Assembly: GCA_049523135.1 (NCBI GenBank)
Contig: JBEKNE010000001.1
Span: 82,095 to 146,094 of the forward strand
Reading direction: 5' to 3'
Source: Candidatus Microgenomates bacterium
GTDB lineage: Bacteria > Patescibacteriota > Microgenomatia > UBA8517
Length of the DNA stretch: 64,000 nt
Position 1 is the first letter of the stretch. Each line of letters starts with the position of its first letter. The notes beneath the pieces were generated by a model. That model ran no database searches. It saw only the letters and a list, made by a program, of their open reading frames with translations, and was not told where the DNA came from. A program made the position numbers and the translations under genes. This document shows, piece after piece, positions 17,826 to 27,544 of the stretch.

Positions 17826-18158
17826 ATGCAGAATTTAATTGCACAAACAATCAGTTTAACTCCTGCTCCCAACAGTGGATTTCAAAATTTGGGTGGGATT
17901 ACTGCTCCCGGCATTGTTTCTGCGGCAATCAGACTTGCTGTTGTTGTTGCAGCAATAGTCTTTTTCTTTATTTTGGTAATCGGAGGAATTCGCTGGATTG
18001 CTTCAGGTGGAGACAAAGCTCAAACCGAAGCTGCAAGAAATCAAATTACAGCAGCCCTCGTTGGACTTGTCATAGTTTTTGCCGCTTGGGCAATAGTTGC
18101 CCTTATTAACACATTCTTTAACGTTAACATCTTCTCCCTGGTTATCCCTTCTATTTAA
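17826..18158 (+). CDS. TrbC/VirB2-like pilin (pilin 7)
   Basis: GGIRWIASGGDKAQTEAARNQITAALVG. Confidence 0.87.
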   Translation: MQNLIAQTISLTPAPNSGFQNLGGITAPGIVSAAIRLAVVVAAIVFFFILVIGGIRWIASGGDKAQTEAARNQITAALVGLVIVFAAWAIVALINTFFNVNIFSLVIPSI

Positions 18159-18207
18159 TACATTAATACAACTTGCTCAAAGTAGTACCACAGGTTAAAA
18201 TGTTTTT

Positions 18208-18519
18208 GTGGGAAGTTTTATTGTAAAAGCCCAAGGAACAACATCAGGGATCGCCACCATTTCCGATTTGGAAAGTGTTTTTACTAGGGTTGTCAGTTTG
18301 GCTCTCGGACTTGCCGGAATAACACTTTTTATTTTGTTAATTGTCGGCGGATTCAAGTACATTACTTCCGGAGGAGATCCAAAAGCTGTTGAGGGAGCCC
18401 AAAAAACTCTAACATATGCAATTGGAGGCTTAATTGTAATTCTCCTTTCTTATCTAATCCTCGTCCTAATCTCCAAGATAACAGGTGTTGATGTTACCAC
18501 CTTCACAGTTACACAATAA
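18208..18519 (+). CDS. TrbC/VirB2-like pilin (pilin 8)
   Basis: GGFKYITSGGDPKAVEGAQKTLTYAIGG. Confidence 0.87.
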   Translation: MGSFIVKAQGTTSGIATISDLESVFTRVVSLALGLAGITLFILLIVGGFKYITSGGDPKAVEGAQKTLTYAIGGLIVILLSYLILVLISKITGVDVTTFTVTQ

Positions 18520-18563
18520 TATTCTTCATAAAGCCTTAGGGTCTTGGGTTATAATAAATTAAG

Positions 18564-21107
18564 ATGAAAATTACCAAACCATATTTCCTATCACTAAACT
18601 TTAAGTCATTAATAACTATAAATTTTGTTCTATTCATATTTATCTTTTATAATCTAACTATTACTGCTCCAGTTCACGCGCAAGATCAGGCTCCGATTCC
18701 AAATGTATTGGTACTATGTCCTCAAAAAGCTCCTCCTCCAACCGAATTTAATTCGATGAGACCGTTTCAAGCAAACACAACATGCACTTCACAGATTGCT
18801 AATACAGCAAGTTTCTGTGGCAATCAACTAACTTTAAGGGAAACAATTAATGAAACTTACCCTGGAGATGGAGACTGTACAACCCAAGGTGGTATCGTAA
18901 CTTGTAATTTCAATGCCAAGATTCCACCCCATACGATAATAATCAACTTAAGCCAAGCCAACTTGCCAATAATGGGTAATACCGAAGACGTTATTAATAG
19001 CCAAAACCCAACCAAATCAACACTAAGTTCTGCCGACCTTATGAATAACTATGTCAGCTGGTATTTGGAAGGCACAAATTCAAAAGCAGAGGGTGTATCG
19101 TCCGCCATCCAAAGCGATACCAGTTCAAGCAATACAGTAAACTATTCCGGACCTATAAATAAACTTCTACCCCAAGATATACAATTCATCGCCCGGGCCA
19201 ATACCGTCAACCAAGCAATGAATACCCGGCATGATCAGGTGGTCGGTTGTAGTTTTAATATTTCAGTAAATGATCTAAATAGTTTATTACTAACATTTGG
19301 CATTACTCTTCCGAACATCCAAATACTTGATTTCCCGATTCCCTGCTATGGAAATAACCCTTTGCTAACCCAATTTATAACAAGGCATTATTTAAGTGAA
19401 TGGAAAGGTAATACGCCACCGCTCTTATCTCAATATAAAGATCAATTGGATTATTGGAAAGCTTATAAAACATGGCAGGGAAACGCATGCAACACCATTA
19501 CAATTCCAGGTTTTGTTCCAATAATAGGCAACCAAAAAATGCTCATTTGTATAAATAATCTCACCGTCTCTAAATATCTTTCCTATCTCTATTCTTATAT
19601 CCCCTACTCGTCCACAGAGGATCTTCAAGGAAGTATATCTATAGATAATGTTTCCTCAGCTACTAGTCCAACTACCAGTGGTGTAACTGTAAATGGTGTA
19701 ACTTTCTCGGGACAAAAACCATCAACGTTGTTTTTTTCCCACATGGCTGAATCGAATCAAGATGCCGCCCTTCTTCAGAATACCTTTGCACCACAAGGAG
19801 CTGACGAGGTCGGCAATCCAACCAACATATCATCAAACACCACCTGTAACACTCTTGACGTCAGATCTAACAAAGGTGATAATTTGTTTGCCTCGCAACT
19901 ATCCGGAGATCTTAGTTACACAGCTAAATTCTCATGCCAATTTAATGCCATTTCCTCCACTTCAACAAATTGTAAGCCAAACGGGTCTGTGTGTACTGAC
20001 GGAACAGAATGCTGTAGTGGATCCTGCACTCCTGAAGGTATAAACAGCTACTGTATGCAAACTGTCCAAACATGTACGAAAGATGTCTATATTGCCCTCT
20101 CCACTGAATCCAGTACACCCGATGTTGATGATATTTGGTCACGCCTTGTTGCAGGCCCTATGGCAATTTTCAAAAGAATCTTTCCTGAAACCAATACAAC
20201 CGACAGCGTTGGAACAATAATTGATATTCCGGGTTCAACAAGTATAACCTACTCAGCCGCAGGCGTCAGTCAGGATAGTGCTGACCTTAAACTACCCCAT
20301 CTTGGCGGAATATCCGAATATTTTTTAAAAGGAATTCAAACAGCTCTCAGGCCAAAAGGTTTTGGGGACACAATAGAATTTGCACAAACTACCGCAAGTT
20401 CGTGTACAGGCGGAACTTTACCAACTCTTCCCGCAGGTCAAGGGTCTTGTACACTAAAATCCTCCGACACTCTCCCAACGGGTGCAGCAATGCCCCCAAC
20501 CTTAAAGGCAATTCTTGAGGCCGCCGGACAAAGTTACAACGTCCCACCCTCTCTTATCCTTGGTGTTATGTATGGCGAAGGCGCGTTTAATCCGGGTAAA
20601 TATGACTGGACCGAAGATAATGTTAAAGCCTGGAGCACCGGGTGTGCTACCATGCCGAGTTGCAATCAAAACACTTTTCCTTCCCAGGGTCCTGTCCCTT
20701 TTTTCGCACCATATTGGAATAACTTAAAAGATGCAGTAAAAGTTGTCGATCCAGAAAGAACTCCAAACCCATGCAACCTGATGGATACCATTTTTGCCTT
20801 GGCTAAAGATTTGGCATCAGACCAATACGGAAGTAATGATTTTGCAGGAAAAACATGTTACGGAATAAATTTGAATAGTGGCAGTTCTAATTCCAGTTTC
20901 TGCAACTGGAGTCAAAGCGATGTTGAAACTGCAATTAGAATTTGGGAATTTGGTACTGTATACAATGATACTTGCGGAACCAAAGTTGGTGGCTGTGCTA
21001 ATGGTGGTTATGCGTCTGCGTGCGATGGAGATATTTGCGAAAAAGTGGGAGGATCCGGTAATACCAGTCATAACGCCTGTGTTTGGAATATAGCAAATAC
21101 ATACTGA
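18564..21107 (+). CDS. large secreted Cys-rich protein with C-terminal lysozyme/SLT-like domain
   Basis: Signal peptide; AAGQSYNVPPSLILGVMYGEG resembles the catalytic-Glu helix of lytic transglycosylases. Confidence 0.6.
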   Translation: MKITKPYFLSLNFKSLITINFVLFIFIFYNLTITAPVHAQDQAPIPNVLVLCPQKAPPPTEFNSMRPFQANTTCTSQIANTASFCGNQLTLRETINETYPGDGDCTTQGGIVTCNFNAKIPPHTIIINLSQANLPIMGNTEDVINSQNPTKSTLSSADLMNNYVSWYLEGTNSKAEGVSSAIQSDTSSSNTVNYSGPINKLLPQDIQFIARANTVNQAMNTRHDQVVGCSFNISVNDLNSLLLTFGITLPNIQILDFPIPCYGNNPLLTQFITRHYLSEWKGNTPPLLSQYKDQLDYWKAYKTWQGNACNTITIPGFVPIIGNQKMLICINNLTVSKYLSYLYSYIPYSSTEDLQGSISIDNVSSATSPTTSGVTVNGVTFSGQKPSTLFFSHMAESNQDAALLQNTFAPQGADEVGNPTNISSNTTCNTLDVRSNKGDNLFASQLSGDLSYTAKFSCQFNAISSTSTNCKPNGSVCTDGTECCSGSCTPEGINSYCMQTVQTCTKDVYIALSTESSTPDVDDIWSRLVAGPMAIFKRIFPETNTTDSVGTIIDIPGSTSITYSAAGVSQDSADLKLPHLGGISEYFLKGIQTALRPKGFGDTIEFAQTTASSCTGGTLPTLPAGQGSCTLKSSDTLPTGAAMPPTLKAILEAAGQSYNVPPSLILGVMYGEGAFNPGKYDWTEDNVKAWSTGCATMPSCNQNTFPSQGPVPFFAPYWNNLKDAVKVVDPERTPNPCNLMDTIFALAKDLASDQYGSNDFAGKTCYGINLNSGSSNSSFCNWSQSDVETAIRIWEFGTVYNDTCGTKVGGCANGGYASACDGDICEKVGGSGNTSHNACVWNIANTY

Positions 21108-21128
21108 AATCTGCTAGAATATTAGGAA

Positions 21129-22883
21129 ATGAAAAAACTGCTCGTATCTTTTTTACTTGGTATCGTTCTCCTACTCAGTTTTGCTTCTTTGTCAAGAATA
21201 AACGCTGCGGGTTTACCAAATAATCCCAACCTAAATTCAACAGCTGCAACTGCAGATACAAGTACCGGCACTTGGTACAACCAATCGTTTCAGGAGTGGT
21301 ACAACAAGGTTTATGATACAAGTAACCCCAACGAAATATTCGGCGAGCGTTACACCGCAGCACAAGTTCAGTGGGTAATTTACGGTCTATTTAGTTCAAT
21401 GATAAATTCAACAACCGGCCCACAAACCACACAGGCCATACAGTGTTTTCTAACTAACAGTGCCAATATCAACAATTGTGTTAGTGCTCTCCAAGGTGTT
21501 TTTCCTAAGATAACAGCTGCAAAACAAGGTATGATTAATCAAAACCAAAACAAGAATGCAACTCTGTTATCGTTAGTCTTTGCAAGTGATCGTCCGATTT
21601 CGGGCATATCATACATCAAAGAAAGAATTCAAAAATTAAGCCTTGTCCCTGAGGTATATGCACAAACAACTAATAGTTCTGTAGGTTTCGGCTATGGTGT
21701 CTTAAAACCGATCCAACAGATGTGGGTTGCCGTTCGGGATGCCGCTTTTGCACTCTTTGTCATAGTAGCAATTGTCATGGCGTTTATGATTATGTTCAGA
21801 GTAAAAATTTCCCCACAAGTTGTAATTTCTATCCAATCCGCCCTTCCAAAAATTATTATTGCTCTTATTTTAGTAACCTTTTCATATGCAATAGCGGGGT
21901 TTTTGATAGATCTTATGTATGTAGTAATCGGTTTCGTTAGCTTGATGCTTGCACCGATGGCCAACAGTGTTGCTCTGTTTGCAAAGGGTGCTTTTTCTTC
22001 AACCGATGTGTTCCAATGGATGACGGTAGGCCAACTTGGTCTTGGTATATTCGGAACTATGATAATCTATATAATTCTTTTTCTCGTCAGTCTATTGCTA
22101 CTTCTCGCATGTAATTTGGGTGTCGTCGGTGCGGGACTTGTAATATTTATACCTGGCGTATCAGCTGTTCTGGGAATCATTTTGATAGTAGCTGTAGTAA
22201 TAATTCTAATTATTGCACTTTGGAACTCTTTCAAAACATTATTCTCTCTTATTAAAGCGTTTGCCTCGGTTTTATTATTAACCATAGTTGCACCTTTGGA
22301 AATTGCTGCGGGGGTGGTTATTCCAAATTTTGGTTTTAACATGTGGTTAAAAAGTTTTTTGGCAGCACTCTCAACTTTCATTGTTACGGGTATTTTAATT
22401 TTTATGTCATACATCTTCCTGTGGGAGGCTTGGGCTATCGCTGGATTTAGCGGGGCGGGGGATCTTATGCAAACAATATCAACCTTAATTTTTGGTTCAG
22501 TTGCTATCATAACCGCAACAAATTTAACAGGAACTTCCGGAGCAGGTTGGCCCCCACTCATTGGTGGAGGGGGAAATAACCCGGCTATGGCTCTACTTTT
22601 TTTGGGAGTAAGTTTTGTAATTTTTACTCTTATTCCAAAGGCAAGTGAGATTGTTCAAGCATTTATTACCGGCAAACCGTTTGCTTACGGAACATCCCTT
22701 GGTGAAGCGGTTGGACCAGTGGGTACATTTGGGCTTGGTTATGCTGGAAGATCTCTAGCAGACCTGCAGACGCCTTGGCCTTTGAACCGAATAAGGGCTA
22801 TTAGGGAATGGCGAGAAGCACATCCAAACACTGGTGCTGGTATTGGCCAAGTCATGTCAAATGCGGCAAGGGGTGGACGTTAA
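21129..22883 (+). CDS. polytopic membrane protein, VirB6/TrbL-like
   Basis: Signal peptide, then MWVAVRD..AFMIMFR..LPKIIIALILVTFSYAIAGFLIDL and multiple TM helices; T4SS context. Confidence 0.7.
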   Translation: MKKLLVSFLLGIVLLLSFASLSRINAAGLPNNPNLNSTAATADTSTGTWYNQSFQEWYNKVYDTSNPNEIFGERYTAAQVQWVIYGLFSSMINSTTGPQTTQAIQCFLTNSANINNCVSALQGVFPKITAAKQGMINQNQNKNATLLSLVFASDRPISGISYIKERIQKLSLVPEVYAQTTNSSVGFGYGVLKPIQQMWVAVRDAAFALFVIVAIVMAFMIMFRVKISPQVVISIQSALPKIIIALILVTFSYAIAGFLIDLMYVVIGFVSLMLAPMANSVALFAKGAFSSTDVFQWMTVGQLGLGIFGTMIIYIILFLVSLLLLLACNLGVVGAGLVIFIPGVSAVLGIILIVAVVIILIIALWNSFKTLFSLIKAFASVLLLTIVAPLEIAAGVVIPNFGFNMWLKSFLAALSTFIVTGILIFMSYIFLWEAWAIAGFSGAGDLMQTISTLIFGSVAIITATNLTGTSGAGWPPLIGGGGNNPAMALLFLGVSFVIFTLIPKASEIVQAFITGKPFAYGTSLGEAVGPVGTFGLGYAGRSLADLQTPWPLNRIRAIREWREAHPNTGAGIGQVMSNAARGGR

Positions 22884-22894
22884 GTAAGTAATTT

Positions 22895-25645
22895 TTAACC
22901 ACGGGGTAAAACCACAAAATGCTCAGGTTCTTTACTTTTCTGTGAGGCATCCATAAATCCATACTTAACAACAAACCCATCTCCCTTAGCAGTACCTTCT
23001 ACAGCCTGTCTGATATTCATGTTTTCTTCTTTATGACTTTGAAAGTTATAAAACTTAACCAGCGTTGACAACCATGTGGAATAACCAATACCACTCCTTT
23101 CACCTTCATACCAATTCTTCTTGCCTTTATTAATGTCTTCTTCCGCCTTTTTCTTAGCTCTAAAATTCGCATAGGCAATACGATCCCTTCTCTTTTCTTT
23201 TTCATCATTCCCTTCCCCTGAATATTCCTTTTGTCTATCAGAATAAAAGTTTCTCCATTCGCCATTTATTGCAACAGCGTCATGCCTTGTTATCGTCCAG
23301 AATTTTATTTTATCTGTATAAAATTCAGGTCTTTGAAGTTTATGGGGGTCATCAATCGGTTTCATCCAATATTGATAAAGCCTCTTATCTTTACTGGCTG
23401 GTGATCCATCTTCTGCAGAAAGAAACCCCATTATCCAATAATAATTATCGGCGTTGTCCGTGATTCCTTCCCCAGACAATTCTACTGCAGATTTTACTTT
23501 ATCTGGAACCTTAACCTTTTCCCAATCTAGATCACCCAAATCTTTAGCCTTTTCATTTGGTCTACTTCCATCCGGCGACTTGAAGCCAAGCCACTGTTCC
23601 TCCAAACTTCTTGTCTCTCCTCGAATCTCTTTGGGAACGTCTTCATTTTCCGAAAGATCTGTTCTGCAAAGCCTTAATTCACTGAGCATTGTATAATCTA
23701 GCTTATCGTAAGTCAGGGGTGGGCCTGCAGACCTATCTCTTATTATCTCCTTAAATCTCCACCATTCTGTGTGTATTGTTTTTGAAAGATCGCTCGCTAC
23801 GGGCTCACCTTCCAAAACTAAAAGCTTTTGATAATCTTTAAAATAGAAAGCTCTTTCTTCATCAGAAAGATTATTTACCATGTCATGAAGTTTTTCTCCT
23901 TTAGGAAAATTCTTTTCTGCAGTATAAAGCTCTAAAGCTAATTCATCGCGCATTCCTCTAATCCAAAAAAATCTACCTGCGTCAGTAACCGCTCCTTTAT
24001 CTCCTTCATCTCCTTCATCGTCAACAATCAGATTCATTCTTTCCGTAAGAAGATACAAATTATCTCTGCTCATTTCAGAATATGGATTTCCTTTCTCTGT
24101 CAAATATCCTCTCTTCCCCTTCTCCCCTTTCAAATCAAACTCTATATTATCACTACGATTAACTGAACCCGAACCAAACATCGCAAGCTTCTTTTGATAT
24201 CTAAACTCTTTAGAATCATCTTTTGATTCAGCCAGCGCGTGACCTTGAATAATAGGATAAGGATCCCTTTCTTCATCTGTTAACCACCCATCAAGTTTAT
24301 ATCGTATTTGCTTATCACCATCTTGCTGGGTGATTGTCACATCTGGTCCAATAAGAAATTTGACGGCAAGTTTGAACTTTTCAAAAACGCCCATTTTTAG
24401 TAACTCTGTCAGTTCTTCATCAAACTCAGGCATTTTTATGCCTTCAACTTTTACTGTAGGATCTTTCGTATTCCTTTTAATTTGCTCCTCCTTTAATTGG
24501 TCATGTTTCTCTTTGGCAATTTTCAAAACCCTATTTATTGTAGTCGCATCAACATTTCTATCTTTGTCCGGAACATAGTCAAGTATCTCTTCAAGGTTCT
24601 GGGTTTCGTTTAGATGTTTTTCCAACTTCCCTCGTGTTTCACTCATACCAATCAAATAAAAAAGTCTCATTGCTTTGTCTCTCTTGTCCCCAAGCTCATG
24701 ATTTTCTGCTTTTTCAGGAGTTATTTTTGAGATATCTGCTGCATTAAAAAACCACTTAATCTGTTTATTGGTAAAGTATATTTGATATTTATAGAACTGT
24801 TCAACCATAACTTCCAACGAAGCCCTATTCCTATCAAAGGCTATTGTCTGGTTTTGTAATTCCTCTCCGGTTATAAGTTGTTGATGGAGAGCCTCATGGG
24901 CTTTTGCTAATGCAAGTCTTTCCTTTTGGGTTCCGAAATTAACAACCTCTTTTATGACAGGCACCATCTCGGTTTTTTCCACAGTTCTAAGAGGACCTAT
25001 TCTGTCTAATGTCTGTTGATTTAATTCAGCTTCTCTTTCAATAACAGTACTTGGCTTTTCTCCACCTTTCTCCTTCCTTATACTTAATGCATAGCCCGAA
25101 ACACGCACTTCTCCTTGAACTAAGTCACCATTAGAAGCAATTAAACCATCCCCCGAGATGACGCTTTCTTTACGTAGACCATAAGTTACACTTAGATCAA
25201 GATCAACACCCTCCTTCTCATTAATTGAGACCTTTCCTTCCTTCGTAACCCCAATTACTTGAGGGGTTTTTGCAGCAGTAGCGGCGGCATTAAACTCACT
25301 CATTAATATATCGGCAAATGCTTGTGCCTCAGTTCCTGACAATTCTACAGAACCTTTTTCGTAAGCCCTCTGTCCCTCAAGGGCGGTTCTTTTCAAACCA
25401 GAAAAAGTAAACCTGTCTATAGATTCACCAAAATGTGGATTTTCATAATCAATAAGAAGTTCCTTTACTGCTGCTACATCCTTGGAATTTTCAGCATGTG
25501 TTAAACGATTTACAAGGCGGTCTCTTTTGGCAAAATCTTCTTCTCTTTGTGTAGCGAACTGTGCTTCAAACTGCTCCATCCCTGACTTCTGCGGTTCTGA
25601 TTGGTTTGGACTTAAACTTGGATATGTTTCAGTGAGATTGGCCAT
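22895..25645 (-). CDS. large charged hypothetical protein (916 aa)
   Basis: Long ORF, K/E/D-rich, no TM segment or recognisable motif. Start moved to MANLTE after TATAAT. Confidence 0.7.
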   Translation of the reverse strand: MANLTETYPSLSPNQSEPQKSGMEQFEAQFATQREEDFAKRDRLVNRLTHAENSKDVAAVKELLIDYENPHFGESIDRFTFSGLKRTALEGQRAYEKGSVELSGTEAQAFADILMSEFNAAATAAKTPQVIGVTKEGKVSINEKEGVDLDLSVTYGLRKESVISGDGLIASNGDLVQGEVRVSGYALSIRKEKGGEKPSTVIEREAELNQQTLDRIGPLRTVEKTEMVPVIKEVVNFGTQKERLALAKAHEALHQQLITGEELQNQTIAFDRNRASLEVMVEQFYKYQIYFTNKQIKWFFNAADISKITPEKAENHELGDKRDKAMRLFYLIGMSETRGKLEKHLNETQNLEEILDYVPDKDRNVDATTINRVLKIAKEKHDQLKEEQIKRNTKDPTVKVEGIKMPEFDEELTELLKMGVFEKFKLAVKFLIGPDVTITQQDGDKQIRYKLDGWLTDEERDPYPIIQGHALAESKDDSKEFRYQKKLAMFGSGSVNRSDNIEFDLKGEKGKRGYLTEKGNPYSEMSRDNLYLLTERMNLIVDDEGDEGDKGAVTDAGRFFWIRGMRDELALELYTAEKNFPKGEKLHDMVNNLSDEERAFYFKDYQKLLVLEGEPVASDLSKTIHTEWWRFKEIIRDRSAGPPLTYDKLDYTMLSELRLCRTDLSENEDVPKEIRGETRSLEEQWLGFKSPDGSRPNEKAKDLGDLDWEKVKVPDKVKSAVELSGEGITDNADNYYWIMGFLSAEDGSPASKDKRLYQYWMKPIDDPHKLQRPEFYTDKIKFWTITRHDAVAINGEWRNFYSDRQKEYSGEGNDEKEKRRDRIAYANFRAKKKAEEDINKGKKNWYEGERSGIGYSTWLSTLVKFYNFQSHKEENMNIRQAVEGTAKGDGFVVKYGFMDASQKSKEPEHFVVLPRG

Positions 25646-25779
25646 TATGGTTAAATTATATAACAAGATTGATAATTAAGAAAAGCAAATCTATTTGTGA
25701 AAAAGGTTTCCTCTTGAATTAGATACTTCACGATATAGGCTGTAATAGAACTGCCCTACTTCGTAGGAGCACTTTAGTT

Positions 25780-26856
25780 ATGGAACAACATCCGATTCCG
25801 CAACAAATTAGTTCTTACCAATTTAAGTTGGTGGGGGATATGACCCTCAAGCAGTTTTTCCAACTTGCCGGGGGGCTTTTGGTGGGTCTAATTTTATATT
25901 CTTCCCCTCTTATCGGGATTGTAAAGTGGCCTTTGGCAATCTTTTCTGCAATTCTCGGCATTGCTTTAGCCTTTATGCCCCTCGAGGAGCGCCCTCTTGA
26001 GCGCTGGATTTTCGCTTTTTTCAAAGCAATTTATACTCCAACCATTTTTTTCTGGAAAAAAACAACTACTATTCCAAAATTCTTTCAGGATGAAACTTCC
26101 GGAACCACTCTTTCTCTGGCTAACCCAAGTCAGGATGTGGCGCTTAAAAACTATCTATCCGTCTCCAAACAGGCCTCAGCTCCCCTTTCCAAACTTGAAG
26201 GTGCAGAGCAAGGGTTTTTATCAAGCCTAAGTGGAATTTTTGCAGGGCTTACACAAACACCAACTCCAGCAAGCCAAACAGCAGCTCCCCTGCCTCAAAA
26301 CACAACTGGAATTAAAAGAACTGTTGAAATTCCGCAAAGCACCCCCATTCGTGTTACAGCACAAACTCCCCATCTGGTTGTTGAGGAAAAACCGAAAGTT
26401 GTGACTCCTTCTTATCAGGTTTCCACCCAACAAGTATCTCCTGTTATTGCCGGCGAGAAAATGATTTCAACAAGGCAAGCTATTTTTTCAATAGACGCAG
26501 CTCCTCCCAATCCCCCGACATCACCAAACATTGTGGTCGGGCAAGTGGTTGATGAAGGAAGAAAAATTGTCGAGGGGGCTATTATGGAAATACGGGATGA
26601 AGCCGGCCGGCCGATTAGAGCCCTAAGAAGCAACAAGCTTGGACATTTTGTTATTGTTACCCCGCTTGATAACGGAAGGTACGATATTGCTACAGAAAAA
26701 GACGGTTATCAATTTACCCCCGTCAGTTTTAATGCAACAGGAGCTATAATTCCGCCGATTTTGGTTGAAGGAAGAAGAATTGCGGTGGTGCAAGGAATTC
26801 CGGTTCAAATAGTAAATCCAAATCAATTTGCAACACAACCTGTTAGTCAATATTAA
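25780..26856 (+). CDS. PrgI family protein with C-terminal carboxypeptidase-regulatory-like domain
   Basis: MEQHPIPQQISSYQFKLVGDMTLKQF PrgI-type N-terminus with two TM helices; GQVVD..VEGAIMEI..G.F beta-sandwich. Confidence 0.8.
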   Translation: MEQHPIPQQISSYQFKLVGDMTLKQFFQLAGGLLVGLILYSSPLIGIVKWPLAIFSAILGIALAFMPLEERPLERWIFAFFKAIYTPTIFFWKKTTTIPKFFQDETSGTTLSLANPSQDVALKNYLSVSKQASAPLSKLEGAEQGFLSSLSGIFAGLTQTPTPASQTAAPLPQNTTGIKRTVEIPQSTPIRVTAQTPHLVVEEKPKVVTPSYQVSTQQVSPVIAGEKMISTRQAIFSIDAAPPNPPTSPNIVVGQVVDEGRKIVEGAIMEIRDEAGRPIRALRSNKLGHFVIVTPLDNGRYDIATEKDGYQFTPVSFNATGAIIPPILVEGRRIAVVQGIPVQIVNPNQFATQPVSQY

Positions 26857-26860
26857 AACT

Positions 26861-27544
26861 ATGCCATTACCTAAAATTCCATATCTAAGCATTCCCGATA
26901 AACCCCTCATGGCAACCAGTCAGGAACACCTTCCCGTTGCCGACATTACAAACGATATCGTTATTTATAAAGACGGCGGAGCCGCTCTTGTTATGGAATC
27001 CACTTCTCTAAACTTTGGGCTTCTTTCGGAAAAAGAGCAGGAGGCCGTGATTGCCGCTTATGCCGCAATGATTAATTCGCTTACATTTTCAATACAGATT
27101 GTGGTTCTCACCCAGAAAAAAGATATCTCTACTTATTTAAGTTTTTTGGATGAACAGGCAAAAAAAATTACCCAACCTCTTCTTGCCAAGCTTATGCAAG
27201 ATTATAGAAATTTCATTACCGATTCTGTTAAGAAGAAAAATGTTCTAGGTAAAAGATTTTTTGTTGTTTTATACTTCTCGCCTCTTGAGCTTGGTGTTGG
27301 AAAATCCGTTGCCGCCATTGCCAAGAGATCTGGCCCGCTTCCCTACGCGGAGTCCTACGTTATTAAAAAAGCCAAAATCACGCTTTACCCGAGACGTGAC
27401 CACTTAATCCGTCAGGCGGGACGGCTCGGAATCAAATTCAGACAGCTTTCTACAAATGAGCTAATTGATCTTTATTATTCCGTTTACAATCCCGAAAGTC
27501 CCGCCGTTAAAAAAGAACCTGAAGTTATACTTGAACACAAATGA
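26861..27544 (+). CDS. T4SS-associated protein (TraC/VirB4 N-terminal-like)
   Basis: SLNFGLLSEKEQEAVIAAYAAMINSLTFSIQIVV; lies between PrgI and VirB4. Confidence 0.7.
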   Translation: MPLPKIPYLSIPDKPLMATSQEHLPVADITNDIVIYKDGGAALVMESTSLNFGLLSEKEQEAVIAAYAAMINSLTFSIQIVVLTQKKDISTYLSFLDEQAKKITQPLLAKLMQDYRNFITDSVKKKNVLGKRFFVVLYFSPLELGVGKSVAAIAKRSGPLPYAESYVIKKAKITLYPRRDHLIRQAGRLGIKFRQLSTNELIDLYYSVYNPESPAVKKEPEVILEHK

